A stretch of DNA of 64,000 bases, from assembly GCA_007122335.1 (NCBI GenBank), contig SKTZ01000092.1:285-64284 (forward strand), in the 5' to 3' direction. Below are positions 28,787 through 38,183 of the stretch, piece by piece. Below the pieces are notes generated by a model. The model saw nothing but the letters and a program-made list of their open reading frames with translations. It had not been told where the DNA came from and made no database searches. Each line of letters starts with the position of its first letter. Position 1 is the first letter of the stretch. Source of the DNA: Bacillota bacterium. Its GTDB lineage: Bacteria; Bacillota; Halanaerobiia; B1SED10-174. Both the position numbers and the translations under genes were made by a program.

Positions 28787-28924
28787 TTTTCTCCTCCTCT
28801 CATTATATATCTATTTGAGTAAAACCCGAAAAAACCCTGCAAAAATGGTTAAAATTTTAAATGGAAAAAGGGTATTGGAGTTCTGGATAGTTATGATATA
28901 ATAAAAAAATGGAGGGATGGGCAA

Positions 28925-29497
28925 ATGGCAATTGTTTACCCCTATGGTGAAAATATCTATATCAACCAGACCAATGTGTGCACAAATGCCTGTGTTTTCT
29001 GTATCCGGCGGGGTAATTCTGGGCTGGATGGTTATAACCTCTGGCTTGCAGAAGAACCATCGGCAGAGGATATTTTACAGGCACTGAGAAAAAATGAAAT
29101 ACAGGGCGAAGCAGTTTTTTGTGGTTTTGGAGAACCCATGGTCCGCCTGGACCGCTTATTAACTGTTGCCCGGGGTTTAAAAGAGAGAGGCTGGTGGGTT
29201 CGGATTAATACCAATGGACATGCTGATCTCATTCATGGTTATGAGACTGTCCCCCGCCTGGAAGGTTTGGTCGATGCGATAAATGTAAGCCTGAATGCCC
29301 AGGATGGAAAAACCTATCAACGGCTCTGCAATCCCCTTTTTGCAGACCGGGCTTATCCAGTATTGTTAGATTTTGCCCGGAAAGTAAGGGAATATGTTCC
29401 GGAAGTAATACTTTCTGTTGTCAATTACCCCGGGGTAGATGTACAAGCCTGCCGGGAAATTGCAGATAAAATGGGGACTGAATTCAGACTCAGATAA
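28925..29497 (+). CDS. Small radical SAM protein, probably the TatD-associated type
   Basis: Contains CTNACVFC (CxxxCxxC) and GFGEP, and is about 190 aa. Assignment to the TatD-associated family is from memory of that family's size and motifs. Confidence 0.6.
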   Translation: MAIVYPYGENIYINQTNVCTNACVFCIRRGNSGLDGYNLWLAEEPSAEDILQALRKNEIQGEAVFCGFGEPMVRLDRLLTVARGLKERGWWVRINTNGHADLIHGYETVPRLEGLVDAINVSLNAQDGKTYQRLCNPLFADRAYPVLLDFARKVREYVPEVILSVVNYPGVDVQACREIADKMGTEFRLR

Positions 29498-29516
29498 AAA
29501 ATAAGGAGGTTGCAAC

Positions 29517-30164
29517 ATGAAATTATTTCTTGATACTGCTAACATCGAGGAGATTATTGCTGGCAAAGAACTGGGTGTAATTGAGGGTGTAACTACAAAT
29601 CCCAGCCTGATAGCCAAGGAAACCGGACAGAGCTTCCAGGAAGCGATTGAACAGATTACCGATTTAATACCTGGACCAGTTAGTGCAGAAGTTATCAGCA
29701 CTGAAGCAGATGGAATGGTTGAAGAAGGCCGGAAACTGGCCGCTATTAATGATAATGTGGTAATAAAAGTTCCGATTACTGCTGAAGGTTTGAAAGCCAC
29801 TCGCCGCCTTGCGGATGAAGGAATAGCAGTTAATGTTACCCTGATTTTCTCTCCCAACCAGGCTCTGCTCGCCGCCCGGGCGGGAGCCCGCTATATTAGC
29901 CCTTTTGTGGGAAGACTTGATGATATAGGGGAGGATGGGATAGGACTTGTTGCTGATATAGCGGAAATGCTGGCCATTCATGGTTTAAACTCGGAAATAA
30001 TTTCTGCCTCTATTCGTCATCCCCGGCATGTTTTTGAATCAGCAATGGTTGGCGCCGATATTGCAACTGTTCCCTACCAGGTGCTTTTAAAAATGCTGAA
30101 CCACCCCCTTACTGATATCGGATTGGAAAAATTCCTTGCTGACTGGGAAAAAATGCAAAAATAA
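29517..30164 (+). CDS. tal: Transaldolase / fructose-6-phosphate aldolase (short, type 3B)
   Basis: Contains [26 protein letters not shown] and SPFVGRLDD. Confidence 0.9.
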   Translation: MKLFLDTANIEEIIAGKELGVIEGVTTNPSLIAKETGQSFQEAIEQITDLIPGPVSAEVISTEADGMVEEGRKLAAINDNVVIKVPITAEGLKATRRLADEGIAVNVTLIFSPNQALLAARAGARYISPFVGRLDDIGEDGIGLVADIAEMLAIHGLNSEIISASIRHPRHVFESAMVGADIATVPYQVLLKMLNHPLTDIGLEKFLADWEKMQK

Positions 30165-30187
30165 GGGAGGAAAAGTGGGGGAGCAAT

Positions 30188-31036
30188 TTGCTTTCATTAA
30201 AACAGGTTAGAAAACTTTTAAAAGTAAACCAGCTCCACTTAAGCAAAAAGATGGGCCAAAATTTTCTCATTGACAGGAACATCAGGGATAAAATATTGCA
30301 GGCTGCCGGAGTTGCTGCAGGTGACCTGGTGGTGGAAATTGGACCCGGCCTGGGAGCTCTTACAGAAGGATTTTTAGAGAAGGGAGCCCGGGTCTGGGCT
30401 GTAGAAAAGGATCGCGGCCTTTACCGTGTCCTTGGGGAAAGGCTTCCCTCTTCAGACCTGGAGTTGATCTGTGAGGATGCCCTTAAAGTGGACTGGGAAA
30501 AATTGCTTCCTGAGGATCACGGGAGCTATAAGCTTGTGGCTAACCTGCCCTACAACATTACAACCCCGCTCCTTTTTCACCTGCTGGATTACAGCCACCT
30601 TTTTTCCCACATGGTTATTATGGTGCAAAAAGAAGTAGGTGAACGTTTTTCTGCAAGTCCGGAGAGCAAACAATATGGATCACTGACTTTGAAGCTGGAG
30701 TATTGTGCCCAAGTAGAATCCCTTTTCCTTGTGGCACCTGGTTCATTTTTCCCCCAACCAGATGTCTCTTCCCTGGTTCTAAAGATTACCCCCCGCACCT
30801 CTCCGCCCGTAACTGTAAAGGATGAATTATTGTTATTTGAAATTATCAATTTAGGATTTGGACAGAGGCGAAAGACCCTGGCCAATAACTTAAAAAGGGG
30901 CGGCTGGGTTCCTGACCAAATAAAGGCTGCTTTTGATTTTTGCGGACTGGAAAAAAGAGTTCGAGCAGAAGAACTTGACCTGCATAAATTTTCCTGCCTG
31001 GCCAATGTTTTTGTGAGACAGAAAGAAGGTGAATAA
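30188..31036 (+). CDS. rsmA: 16S rRNA (adenine1518/1519-N6)-dimethyltransferase
   Basis: Contains GQNFLID, VVEIGPGLGALT and ANLPYNITTP. Confidence 0.95.
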   Translation: MLSLKQVRKLLKVNQLHLSKKMGQNFLIDRNIRDKILQAAGVAAGDLVVEIGPGLGALTEGFLEKGARVWAVEKDRGLYRVLGERLPSSDLELICEDALKVDWEKLLPEDHGSYKLVANLPYNITTPLLFHLLDYSHLFSHMVIMVQKEVGERFSASPESKQYGSLTLKLEYCAQVESLFLVAPGSFFPQPDVSSLVLKITPRTSPPVTVKDELLLFEIINLGFGQRRKTLANNLKRGGWVPDQIKAAFDFCGLEKRVRAEELDLHKFSCLANVFVRQKEGE

Positions 31037-31526
31037 GGTGAGTAAGTTCTATTTCATCAGCCCATCAAGGGGCCGGTTAACCATAGAAGAAACCTTTAAA
31101 AACATTATTAATTATGTTAAAGAAGCCCCCGAGTACCAGTACAAACTGGTTGTAGGCACCGATTCCCAGAGTGCCGAAGGAAGGGTTCAGTTTGTTACTG
31201 CCATTATTGTTTACCGGGTTGGCAAGGGAGGCAGGTTTTTTTACAGGCGTACCAGGGAACCTCAATCCCGGAGTTTGAGGCAGCGAATTTATCTGGAAAC
31301 TGCAAAGAGTCTTGATGTTGCAAGTAGAATTACTCACATGCTGGCCGAAACGGATTATCTGGTTGATGAAATGGACGTTGAAATTCACCTGGATGTTGGC
31401 CGACATGGATCTACCAGCAATATGGTTAAGGAAGTCGTGGGAATGGTAACCGGAAGTGGTTATGGAGCAAAAATCAAGCCCGATTCTTACGGAGCAAGCA
31501 AGGTTGCAGATAAATATACAAAATAA
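31029..31526 (+). CDS. DUF458 / YkuK-family RNase H-like protein
   Basis: Contains YKLVVGTDSQ, with the size and pattern of PF04308-type proteins. Overlaps rsmA by 8 nt. Confidence 0.65.
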   Translation: MNKVSKFYFISPSRGRLTIEETFKNIINYVKEAPEYQYKLVVGTDSQSAEGRVQFVTAIIVYRVGKGGRFFYRRTREPQSRSLRQRIYLETAKSLDVASRITHMLAETDYLVDEMDVEIHLDVGRHGSTSNMVKEVVGMVTGSGYGAKIKPDSYGASKVADKYTK

Positions 31527-31548
31527 CCCCCTTCCGGGGTTTTTTTTA
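31525..31548 (+). terminator. Intrinsic terminator
   Basis: Hairpin AACCCC-cttcc-GGGGTT followed by TTTTTTT. Confidence 0.7.
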
Positions 31549-31588
31549 TAAGGAAAATCAGGGGGAAATGAAAAAAATGTTGAAAACC

Positions 31589-31655
31589 TTGACAGGGACA
31601 GTCTCGTCTGATATACTAATTTGTTCTTGACTAAAAGCCACCTTTTTGGTATAAT
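31589..31655 (+). promoter_or_regulatory. Tandem veg promoters
   Basis: TTGACA-17-TATACT (31589-31617) and TTGACT-17-TATAAT (31627-31655). Confidence 0.65.
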
Positions 31656-31689
31656 ATTGGGGTAAGGATTTTGTGAAAGGTGGTTTGCG

Positions 31690-31950
31690 ATGACCAAGAA
31701 TGCCCTGCAGGAGATAAAGCAGGACCTGGATTCCTGGGTAGGTCGCCAGGTGGAATTCAGGGCTAATCGTGGGCGGAAGAAGATTCTCCATAAAGAGGGA
31801 ATACTGGAAAGAACCTATCCCCACATTTTTGTTGTTAAGGTTGTCGAAGAAGGCTACCCGAGGAGAGTTTCTTTTTCCTATGCTGATGTTTTGACTGAAA
31901 CAGTTGAGATTACAGCGAAGAACAAAAGAATTGGTTTAACAGGAGCCTAA
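31690..31950 (+). CDS. veg: Veg protein
   Basis: Contains LQEIKQDLDSWVGRQVEFRANRGRKK...GILERTYPHIFVV. Confidence 0.9.
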   Translation: MTKNALQEIKQDLDSWVGRQVEFRANRGRKKILHKEGILERTYPHIFVVKVVEEGYPRRVSFSYADVLTETVEITAKNKRIGLTGA

Positions 31951-31960
31951 TTTAATTATG

Positions 31961-31990
31961 AACCCGACTTTGTGTCGGGTTTTTAATTTT
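31961..31990 (+). terminator. Intrinsic terminator after veg
   Basis: Hairpin AACCCGAC-tttgt-GTCGGGTT followed by TTT. Confidence 0.75.
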
Positions 31991-32093
31991 CGGAGGACAT
32001 GGCTGCGCAGAAAAGAATTAATTCCAGAAATAAGCGGGAGAAGGAATTGTTAGCAGGGTTAGCGAAACGAAACAAGGGAAAGGGGTTGATCTG

Positions 32094-33596
32094 GTGAACC
32101 GCCTGGCACTTTTTGCAGCAGCCTTGGGAACAGGTTTGCTTCTTTTTCTGGCAATGGCTTTTCCCAACCTGGGTTTTTTAAGTTTTGTGGCTTTTTTGCC
32201 CCTTTTTTGGATGCTGGAAAACACCCCAGATCCCCGCCTTTCCTTTTTCGGGGGTTGGTTTGGGGGGAGTGTTTTCTTTGTGTTGCTCCTCTACTGGCTT
32301 GCGATACCGGTTTGGGACTTTGGGGGAGCCTATAGACATCTTGGGATCTTTGGCCTGTTAATTTTATTTATTATCATGGGTCTTTTCTGGGGGCTTTTTT
32401 CTTACCTGGCCAACCTGGGCCTGAGAACCATACCCGTTTCATTCATTCTTTTCACTCCTGCCCTGTGGACCATTATCGAGTTTATCAGGATTAAGCTTAT
32501 CTCCCCTCTCCCCCTGGGGGTTGTGGGGTATTCTCTTGCTCCCTATCCCAGCTTGATTCAGAGTGCAGGAATTTTTGGTGTACTGGGGATCAGTTTTTTT
32601 GTTTTGCTAATAAACGCTTGCTTATGGGTTATTTTCAGAGGGGATATGGTTCGCTACCCCGCAATTATTATTCTTATAGTTGCTCTTGCGGGGAACCTGG
32701 GTTATGGGTACCTGAATCTGCAAAAGGAACAGGAAAAAATAATGGAGGTGGGCCTGGTTCAACCCAATATTTCCCAGGAGGAAAAATGGGATTATCAGAG
32801 GAGAGAAGCTAATCTGGAGGCTCACCTGGGTCCTTCCCGGGCCCTGGAAGAAGATGTTGATCTGGTAGTATGGCCGGAAACCTCTATTCCTGCGACTCCA
32901 ATAGGGAGTCAAGCCGAGTGGGGTGTTATGCAGGATCGCCTTTATTTTCTGGAAGTTCCCTTGCTGGCAGGGATTCTTTCCCCTCAAAATGCCAGGGTTC
33001 ACAATACATCTCTCTTGCTGTTGCAGGGTGAGATCAGAGGATATTACCACAAGAAATGGCTGGTCCCATTCGGTGAATATATACCCTTACAGGGATTACT
33101 GGGTTGGGTTGATACAGGTTTTTTCCCTACAACCCCGGGGGAGGAAATTAAAACCTTTGAATATGAGGGGTGGAGCTGGGCAACCCCTATCTGTTATGAA
33201 ATTCTCAATCCCGGCCTGATTCGGCGAATGAGTTCTAATACAGATATCTTATTCAACCAATCCAACGAGGCCTGGTTTAAAGATTCTATCGGCCTGCCTA
33301 TTTTGTGGTCTGTTGGTATCCTCAGGGCAGTAGAGGTAAGAAGGCCTCTGGTTAAAGCAGCAAATACGGGGTACTCGGGTTGGGTTGATGATCTCGGAAG
33401 GACAAGGGTTCTTTTTCCCGCTCTGGAGCATTATTACGATAGCATGACCATTGAAGCAACTGGAGAAGATTCAGTGTACCTGCGGTTTGGAGATTTCCCG
33501 ATCTGGCCATTGTTTATCCTGAGTTTTGTTTTAAGTTTTCTCCTGGGGCCAATGCGGAAAAAGAAAATTGACTTTAAAAAATATGCGGAGAGGTAG
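32094..33596 (+). CDS. lnt: Apolipoprotein N-acyltransferase
   Basis: N-terminal polytopic region plus a CN-hydrolase domain (VVWPETSIP, KKWLVPFGEYIP, ICYE) and a C-terminal TM segment. Confidence 0.8.
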   Translation: MNRLALFAAALGTGLLLFLAMAFPNLGFLSFVAFLPLFWMLENTPDPRLSFFGGWFGGSVFFVLLLYWLAIPVWDFGGAYRHLGIFGLLILFIIMGLFWGLFSYLANLGLRTIPVSFILFTPALWTIIEFIRIKLISPLPLGVVGYSLAPYPSLIQSAGIFGVLGISFFVLLINACLWVIFRGDMVRYPAIIILIVALAGNLGYGYLNLQKEQEKIMEVGLVQPNISQEEKWDYQRREANLEAHLGPSRALEEDVDLVVWPETSIPATPIGSQAEWGVMQDRLYFLEVPLLAGILSPQNARVHNTSLLLLQGEIRGYYHKKWLVPFGEYIPLQGLLGWVDTGFFPTTPGEEIKTFEYEGWSWATPICYEILNPGLIRRMSSNTDILFNQSNEAWFKDSIGLPILWSVGILRAVEVRRPLVKAANTGYSGWVDDLGRTRVLFPALEHYYDSMTIEATGEDSVYLRFGDFPIWPLFILSFVLSFLLGPMRKKKIDFKKYAER

Positions 33597-33661
33597 GGTT
33601 GTTTCCCTGATCTGCCTCCCCTGGATAACAAAAAAGAAGCGATATTCTTTTCCTTTGTTTT

Positions 33662-33696
33662 CCCCCTTTGCCTTTTCAGGTGGAAGGGGTTTTTTA
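33662..33696 (+). terminator. Possible terminator after lnt
   Basis: Hairpin CCCCTT...AAGGGG followed by TTTTTT. The loop is about 15 nt. Confidence 0.45.
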
Positions 33697-33782
33697 GGTT
33701 TAACCAGAGGGGTAGGGGTTTTCTCCAAATAAAGGAGGTTGAAGTTTGATCTGGAAATATTATATATGGTGGAGGTGAAGAA

Positions 33783-34643
33783 ATGAATAAAACTGCAAAA
33801 GTTAAGGCTCCTGCCAAGATCAACCTTACACTCGATGTTTTAAACCGCAGACAAGATGGCTACCATAATATCGAATCGATAATGCAGACGCTTGAATTAT
33901 CTGATACTGTTTATTTGCAAACTACAGCAAAGGATATAGGACTTGAAACAGACACCTCCAGTATTCCTCCAGGCCCAGAAAACCTTGCCTGGCGAGCTGC
34001 TCGAATAATGTTCGATGAATTCGGACTGGAGGGAGGACTAAAAATAAAGTTGGAAAAAAGGATCCCGGTTCAGGCCGGACTGGCTGGAGGCAGCACAGAT
34101 GCTGCAGCGGTTATTAGAGGAATTGCTGAACTATTCAGTCTTGAGCTTAAATCCCGGGAAATTTTAAATTTAGTAGCCCGGCTGGGCTCAGATGTTTCCT
34201 TTTTTCTTTTTGGGGGTACAACTCTTGTTTCGGGAAAAGGAGAAAAAATTTGGGAACTTCCGGATCTTCCCCCACAGGATGTTTGCCTTATTAGATTCCC
34301 CTTTGGGCTTCCAACACCGGGAATTTACAGGGCCTGGAGGGGAAGAAAAACCCTGCATAGAAGCAGAAAAGCTCTTCCTGCAGTCTTTTCAGGGTCCTGG
34401 GAGGGAATTAAAAAAGAAGTCGGGAATGACCTGGAAAGATGTGCAGTAAAAAAAGCTCCTGTAATCCGGAAGGTTTTGGAAACCTTGCGGAATGAAGGGA
34501 TAAAACCGGCACACCTTAGCGGAAGTGGCCCCACAATTGTTATTTATGAACATCCCCCTGCTTGGTTGCAAAAAAAACTTGCTGCTTTCCGGGTTGACCT
34601 TGTTCCAACTCGAACCCGGGAGAAGGATTTTGAGAAAAAGTGA
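33783..34643 (+). CDS. ispE: 4-(cytidine 5'-diphospho)-2-C-methyl-D-erythritol kinase
   Basis: Contains APAKINLTL and IPVQAGLAGGSTDAAA (GHMP kinase motif). Confidence 0.95.
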   Translation: MNKTAKVKAPAKINLTLDVLNRRQDGYHNIESIMQTLELSDTVYLQTTAKDIGLETDTSSIPPGPENLAWRAARIMFDEFGLEGGLKIKLEKRIPVQAGLAGGSTDAAAVIRGIAELFSLELKSREILNLVARLGSDVSFFLFGGTTLVSGKGEKIWELPDLPPQDVCLIRFPFGLPTPGIYRAWRGRKTLHRSRKALPAVFSGSWEGIKKEVGNDLERCAVKKAPVIRKVLETLRNEGIKPAHLSGSGPTIVIYEHPPAWLQKKLAAFRVDLVPTRTREKDFEKK

Positions 34644-34692
34644 TGAATAGAAGAAAGATAATTAAACAAGGCCGGTTGGAGGAGGGCTATTC

Positions 34693-35469
34693 ATGGCAGA
34701 TGTTTTAATCCTGGCCGGGGCATTTAATGATGGAGCCCTGCAGGAATCGAGTTCGGAAGAATATGAAGCATTAATTGAAGTTGCAGGACGGCCCATGGTG
34801 GAATATGTTCTAAAGGCTGTCAGGGGTTCTAAATTTGCCCAAAGAATCGCCCTTATTGGGCCGGAAGAATTATTGAAAGAAAGATTAAGCCTGCAAGCCG
34901 ACGCGTATGTTGAAGGAGGGGACTCTCTTTTTCAGAATATCCGGCGGGGAGCAACCGTTCTTGATCCCCAGGGACCGGTGTTAATAATAACCTCAGATAT
35001 TCCCCTTATTACTTCTGAAGCTATTGACGATTTTGTTGAAGTTGCAAAAAAGAGGCCCGGGGAAGTCTATTATAGTTTGATAAACCGGGAAGCCTGTGAG
35101 AAATCTTTTCCCGGAATGGAGCGGACCTACGTTAAATTGAGAGAAGGTATGTATACAGGGGGAAACCTGGGAATGGTTGAAGCCGATATAATCAGGAACT
35201 GCAGCGAAGAATTGAGCCAGTTTTTCACCCACAGGAAAAGTGCCATGCGCTTGAGTCGCCTGCTGGGACCAAACATTTTACTCCGCTTTGCCCTGGGGCG
35301 CTTAAAACTGGCCCAGATCGAAAAGAGAATAAAGAAAATAACCGGGTACGATGGTGTAGGAGTTTTAAGCGAGCACGCTGAAATCGCTTTTGATGTTGAT
35401 AAACCTTCGGATCTTCAACTGGCCGATAATTTCCTGAAGAAAAGAAAAGAAGAGGAGGGCGCCAGGTGA
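34693..35469 (+). CDS. MobA-like NTP-transferase family protein
   Basis: Has an LILAGAFNDG N-terminus and a nucleotidyltransferase fold pattern. Overlaps purR. Confidence 0.55.
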   Translation: MADVLILAGAFNDGALQESSSEEYEALIEVAGRPMVEYVLKAVRGSKFAQRIALIGPEELLKERLSLQADAYVEGGDSLFQNIRRGATVLDPQGPVLIITSDIPLITSEAIDDFVEVAKKRPGEVYYSLINREACEKSFPGMERTYVKLREGMYTGGNLGMVEADIIRNCSEELSQFFTHRKSAMRLSRLLGPNILLRFALGRLKLAQIEKRIKKITGYDGVGVLSEHAEIAFDVDKPSDLQLADNFLKKRKEEEGAR

Positions 35470-36260
35470 AACGAAGCGAGAGATTGATTATTTTAACCAG
35501 TATTTTGGTGGACCGCCCAGGAGAAACCCTGGGTCTAAATGATTTTTCCCAGGTGGTAGGTGGGGCTAAATCCACCCTAAGTGAAGATCTGGCAATAATC
35601 AAACAGGCCCTCTCCTCCAGAGGCTTGGGCAGAGTTGAAACGGTTACAGGAGCGGGTGGGGGAGTTACCTTTACTCCTGCTCTTGATGGGGAAAGAGTTC
35701 AGGAAAAGCTGTGGGAGCTCTGCGGGGAACTTTCTGACCCCCGTAGGATTCTCCCGGGTGGATTTATTTATATGACCGATTTATTATATTCCCCAATCTG
35801 GGCCTGGGATATTGGGCGAATTTTTGCTGATAATTTTCGTGCAAAAAAACCTGAATATGTCCTGACTATGGAAACCAAGGGCATTCCACTGGCTACCATG
35901 ACTGCAAGGGCTTTAAACTGCCCCTTACTTATTATCCGTAGAGCCCACAGGGTAACTGAGGGGCCTGCCGTGAGTATAAATTACATAACCGGTTCATCCA
36001 AAACCATTGGAAATATGTCCCTGCCGCGGAGAGCTCTCCCGCTGGGAGCAAGAGTTGTTCTGGTTGATGATTTCATGAAAGCCGGGGGAACTGCCCGAGG
36101 TATGATGGATTTAATGCAGGAATTCCAGGCTGAAGTCATTGGTCTGGGGGTGGTTGTAGCAACTGCCCAGCCAGAGAAGAAGTTAATTGATGATTATTTT
36201 TCCCTGTTAACTCTGAAGAAGGTCGAAGGAAAGGAAGTTCAAATTGAACCATCATATTGA
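35466..36260 (+). CDS. purR: Pur operon repressor
   Basis: N-terminal winged helix (RSERLIILTSIL) plus a PRT domain (VVLVDDFMKAGGTA). Confidence 0.9.
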   Translation: MKRSERLIILTSILVDRPGETLGLNDFSQVVGGAKSTLSEDLAIIKQALSSRGLGRVETVTGAGGGVTFTPALDGERVQEKLWELCGELSDPRRILPGGFIYMTDLLYSPIWAWDIGRIFADNFRAKKPEYVLTMETKGIPLATMTARALNCPLLIIRRAHRVTEGPAVSINYITGSSKTIGNMSLPRRALPLGARVVLVDDFMKAGGTARGMMDLMQEFQAEVIGLGVVVATAQPEKKLIDDYFSLLTLKKVEGKEVQIEPSY

Positions 36261-36310
36261 ACTTTTTTCTTGTAATTAATTATAGTAATCTATTCTGGGA
36301 GGAAAAGAAC

Positions 36311-37633
36311 TTGGAAGAGAGAGATATTTACCGGTTGGTTGAAGAATGGGATGTTAAGTTTATAAGGTTGCAGTTTATCGATATTCTTGGGGTGAATAAA
36401 AATGTGGCTATTTCTCTGGAGGAATTGCCCAGGGCCCTGGCCGGGGAAGTAATGTTTGATGGTTCATCTATTGAAGGTTTTGCCCGGATTCAGGAATCGG
36501 ATATGTACCTCCGGCCGGACCTGGATTCTTTTGCTATTTTTCCCTGGCGACCACGTCCTGGTGCTGTTGCCCGTTTGATATGTGATGTTTATACCCCCCG
36601 AGGTGAACCCTTTCCGGGATGTCCACGTTATATATTGAGAAAGGTAATTAAGGAAGCGGCAGATATGGGTTTTAGTCTCGAAGCAGGTCCTGAACCCGAA
36701 TTCTTTCTTTTTCAACTTGGAGAGAAAGGTGAGCCGACTACAATAACCAATGATCAGGGTAGTTATTTTGACCTGGCCCCGAGTGATCAGGGAGAAGATG
36801 CGCGGAGGGATATTGTCCTCCACCTGGAAGAGATGGGTTTTTCTGTGGAAAGTTCTCACCATGAGGTTGCTCCTGGGCAGCATGAAATTGATTTTAAATA
36901 TGCTCCGGCCCTGAAGACCGCGGATAATATCGGTACATTTCGTCTTGTTACCAAGATAGTTGCAAAAAAACACGGTCTTCATGCAACTTTTATGCCCAAG
37001 CCTATGCATGGAATTGCTGGCTCTGGCATGCATATCCACCAGTCCCTTTGTAAAAACGGGGAAAATGTTTTTTTTGACCCGGAAAGCAAGGATGGTTTAA
37101 GCGACATCGCTCGCTATTATACAGGTGGGATTCTCCGCCATGCCCGGGGATTTACCGCAATTACAAACCCATTAATTAATTCTTATAAGAGGCTTGTTTC
37201 GGGCTTCGAAGCTCCTATATATGTTTCCTGGTCAGAAGCCAATCGTTCTGCCCTGATTAGAATTCCGGCGGCCAGAGGAAATGGGACCCGCCTGGAATTA
37301 AGAAATCCAGACCCATCTGCAAACCCATATCTTGCTCTTGCCGTAACCCTAAAATCAGGGCTGGAAGGGATCCGGGAAAAAATTGATCCAGGGCCCCAGA
37401 CTTTTAATAATATTTTCACCATGACCCAGGAAGAAAAAAGAAAATGTGGTATCCAGGAATTGCCCCGCTCCCTGGAGGAAGCCTTAAATTGTCTCGAGCA
37501 GGATGAACTTGTGTGCTCTGCTCTAGGGGACCATGTACTGGAAAGGTTTATTGATGCCAAAAGAATTGAAATTGCCCAGTACAGGGAAGTAGTCCACGAC
37601 TGGGAAAGAGACCGTTACCTGCAAACCTACTAA
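36311..37633 (+). CDS. glnA: Glutamine synthetase, type I
   Basis: Contains FIRLQFIDILG, FDGSSIEGF, GSGMHIHQS and NPYLA. The ORF opens at 36257, and the TTG at 36311 follows GGGAGG. Confidence 0.9.
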   Translation: MEERDIYRLVEEWDVKFIRLQFIDILGVNKNVAISLEELPRALAGEVMFDGSSIEGFARIQESDMYLRPDLDSFAIFPWRPRPGAVARLICDVYTPRGEPFPGCPRYILRKVIKEAADMGFSLEAGPEPEFFLFQLGEKGEPTTITNDQGSYFDLAPSDQGEDARRDIVLHLEEMGFSVESSHHEVAPGQHEIDFKYAPALKTADNIGTFRLVTKIVAKKHGLHATFMPKPMHGIAGSGMHIHQSLCKNGENVFFDPESKDGLSDIARYYTGGILRHARGFTAITNPLINSYKRLVSGFEAPIYVSWSEANRSALIRIPAARGNGTRLELRNPDPSANPYLALAVTLKSGLEGIREKIDPGPQTFNNIFTMTQEEKRKCGIQELPRSLEEALNCLEQDELVCSALGDHVLERFIDAKRIEIAQYREVVHDWERDRYLQTY

Positions 37634-37644
37634 GGGGGGATATA

Positions 37645-38178
37645 ATGCGCGAACAGCAGCTATTAAGGCGGGCACTGAATATTAACTTTTCCAATTTAAA
37701 AACACTGGATCTGGCTTTTCTGGCCCTTTTTATTGTTTTTACTTCTGTCGCAACAGCAATAGCCATCCCCGGCCCCTATGGTTCATATTTCAACATGGGA
37801 GAAGTGGCAATTTATCTTGTGGCCCTTCTCTGTGGACCGATTACGGGAGCTCTGGCTGGTGCAGTTGGTTCAGCTCTGACGGATGTTTTCCTGGGTTACA
37901 GCATCTGGGCTCCATTCACCTTTATTATTAAAGGAGTTGAGGGCTATATAGTGGGGAGTTTAGGGCGCCCGCTAAGCTTTAAACGGAGTCTTCTGGCCAT
38001 TATTGTTGGTGGAGTTTGGATGATTACTGGATACGGGATTACTGCAGGAATTCTCTACAGCTGGCCCGCGGTTATTCCGGAGATCTTGATTGATATTGCC
38101 CAGGTTTCTCTCGGAGCATTTATTGCCCTACCTCTTGCTTTTAAAGTTAATCGAGCCCTACAGGAAAAGGAGAATTAA
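37645..38178 (+). CDS. ECF-transporter S (substrate-capture) component, specificity unknown
   Basis: About 177 aa with 5-6 TM segments and the GxxxG-rich pattern typical of ECF S components. Confidence 0.6.
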   Translation: MREQQLLRRALNINFSNLKTLDLAFLALFIVFTSVATAIAIPGPYGSYFNMGEVAIYLVALLCGPITGALAGAVGSALTDVFLGYSIWAPFTFIIKGVEGYIVGSLGRPLSFKRSLLAIIVGGVWMITGYGITAGILYSWPAVIPEILIDIAQVSLGAFIALPLAFKVNRALQEKEN

Positions 38179-38183
38179 TAATT

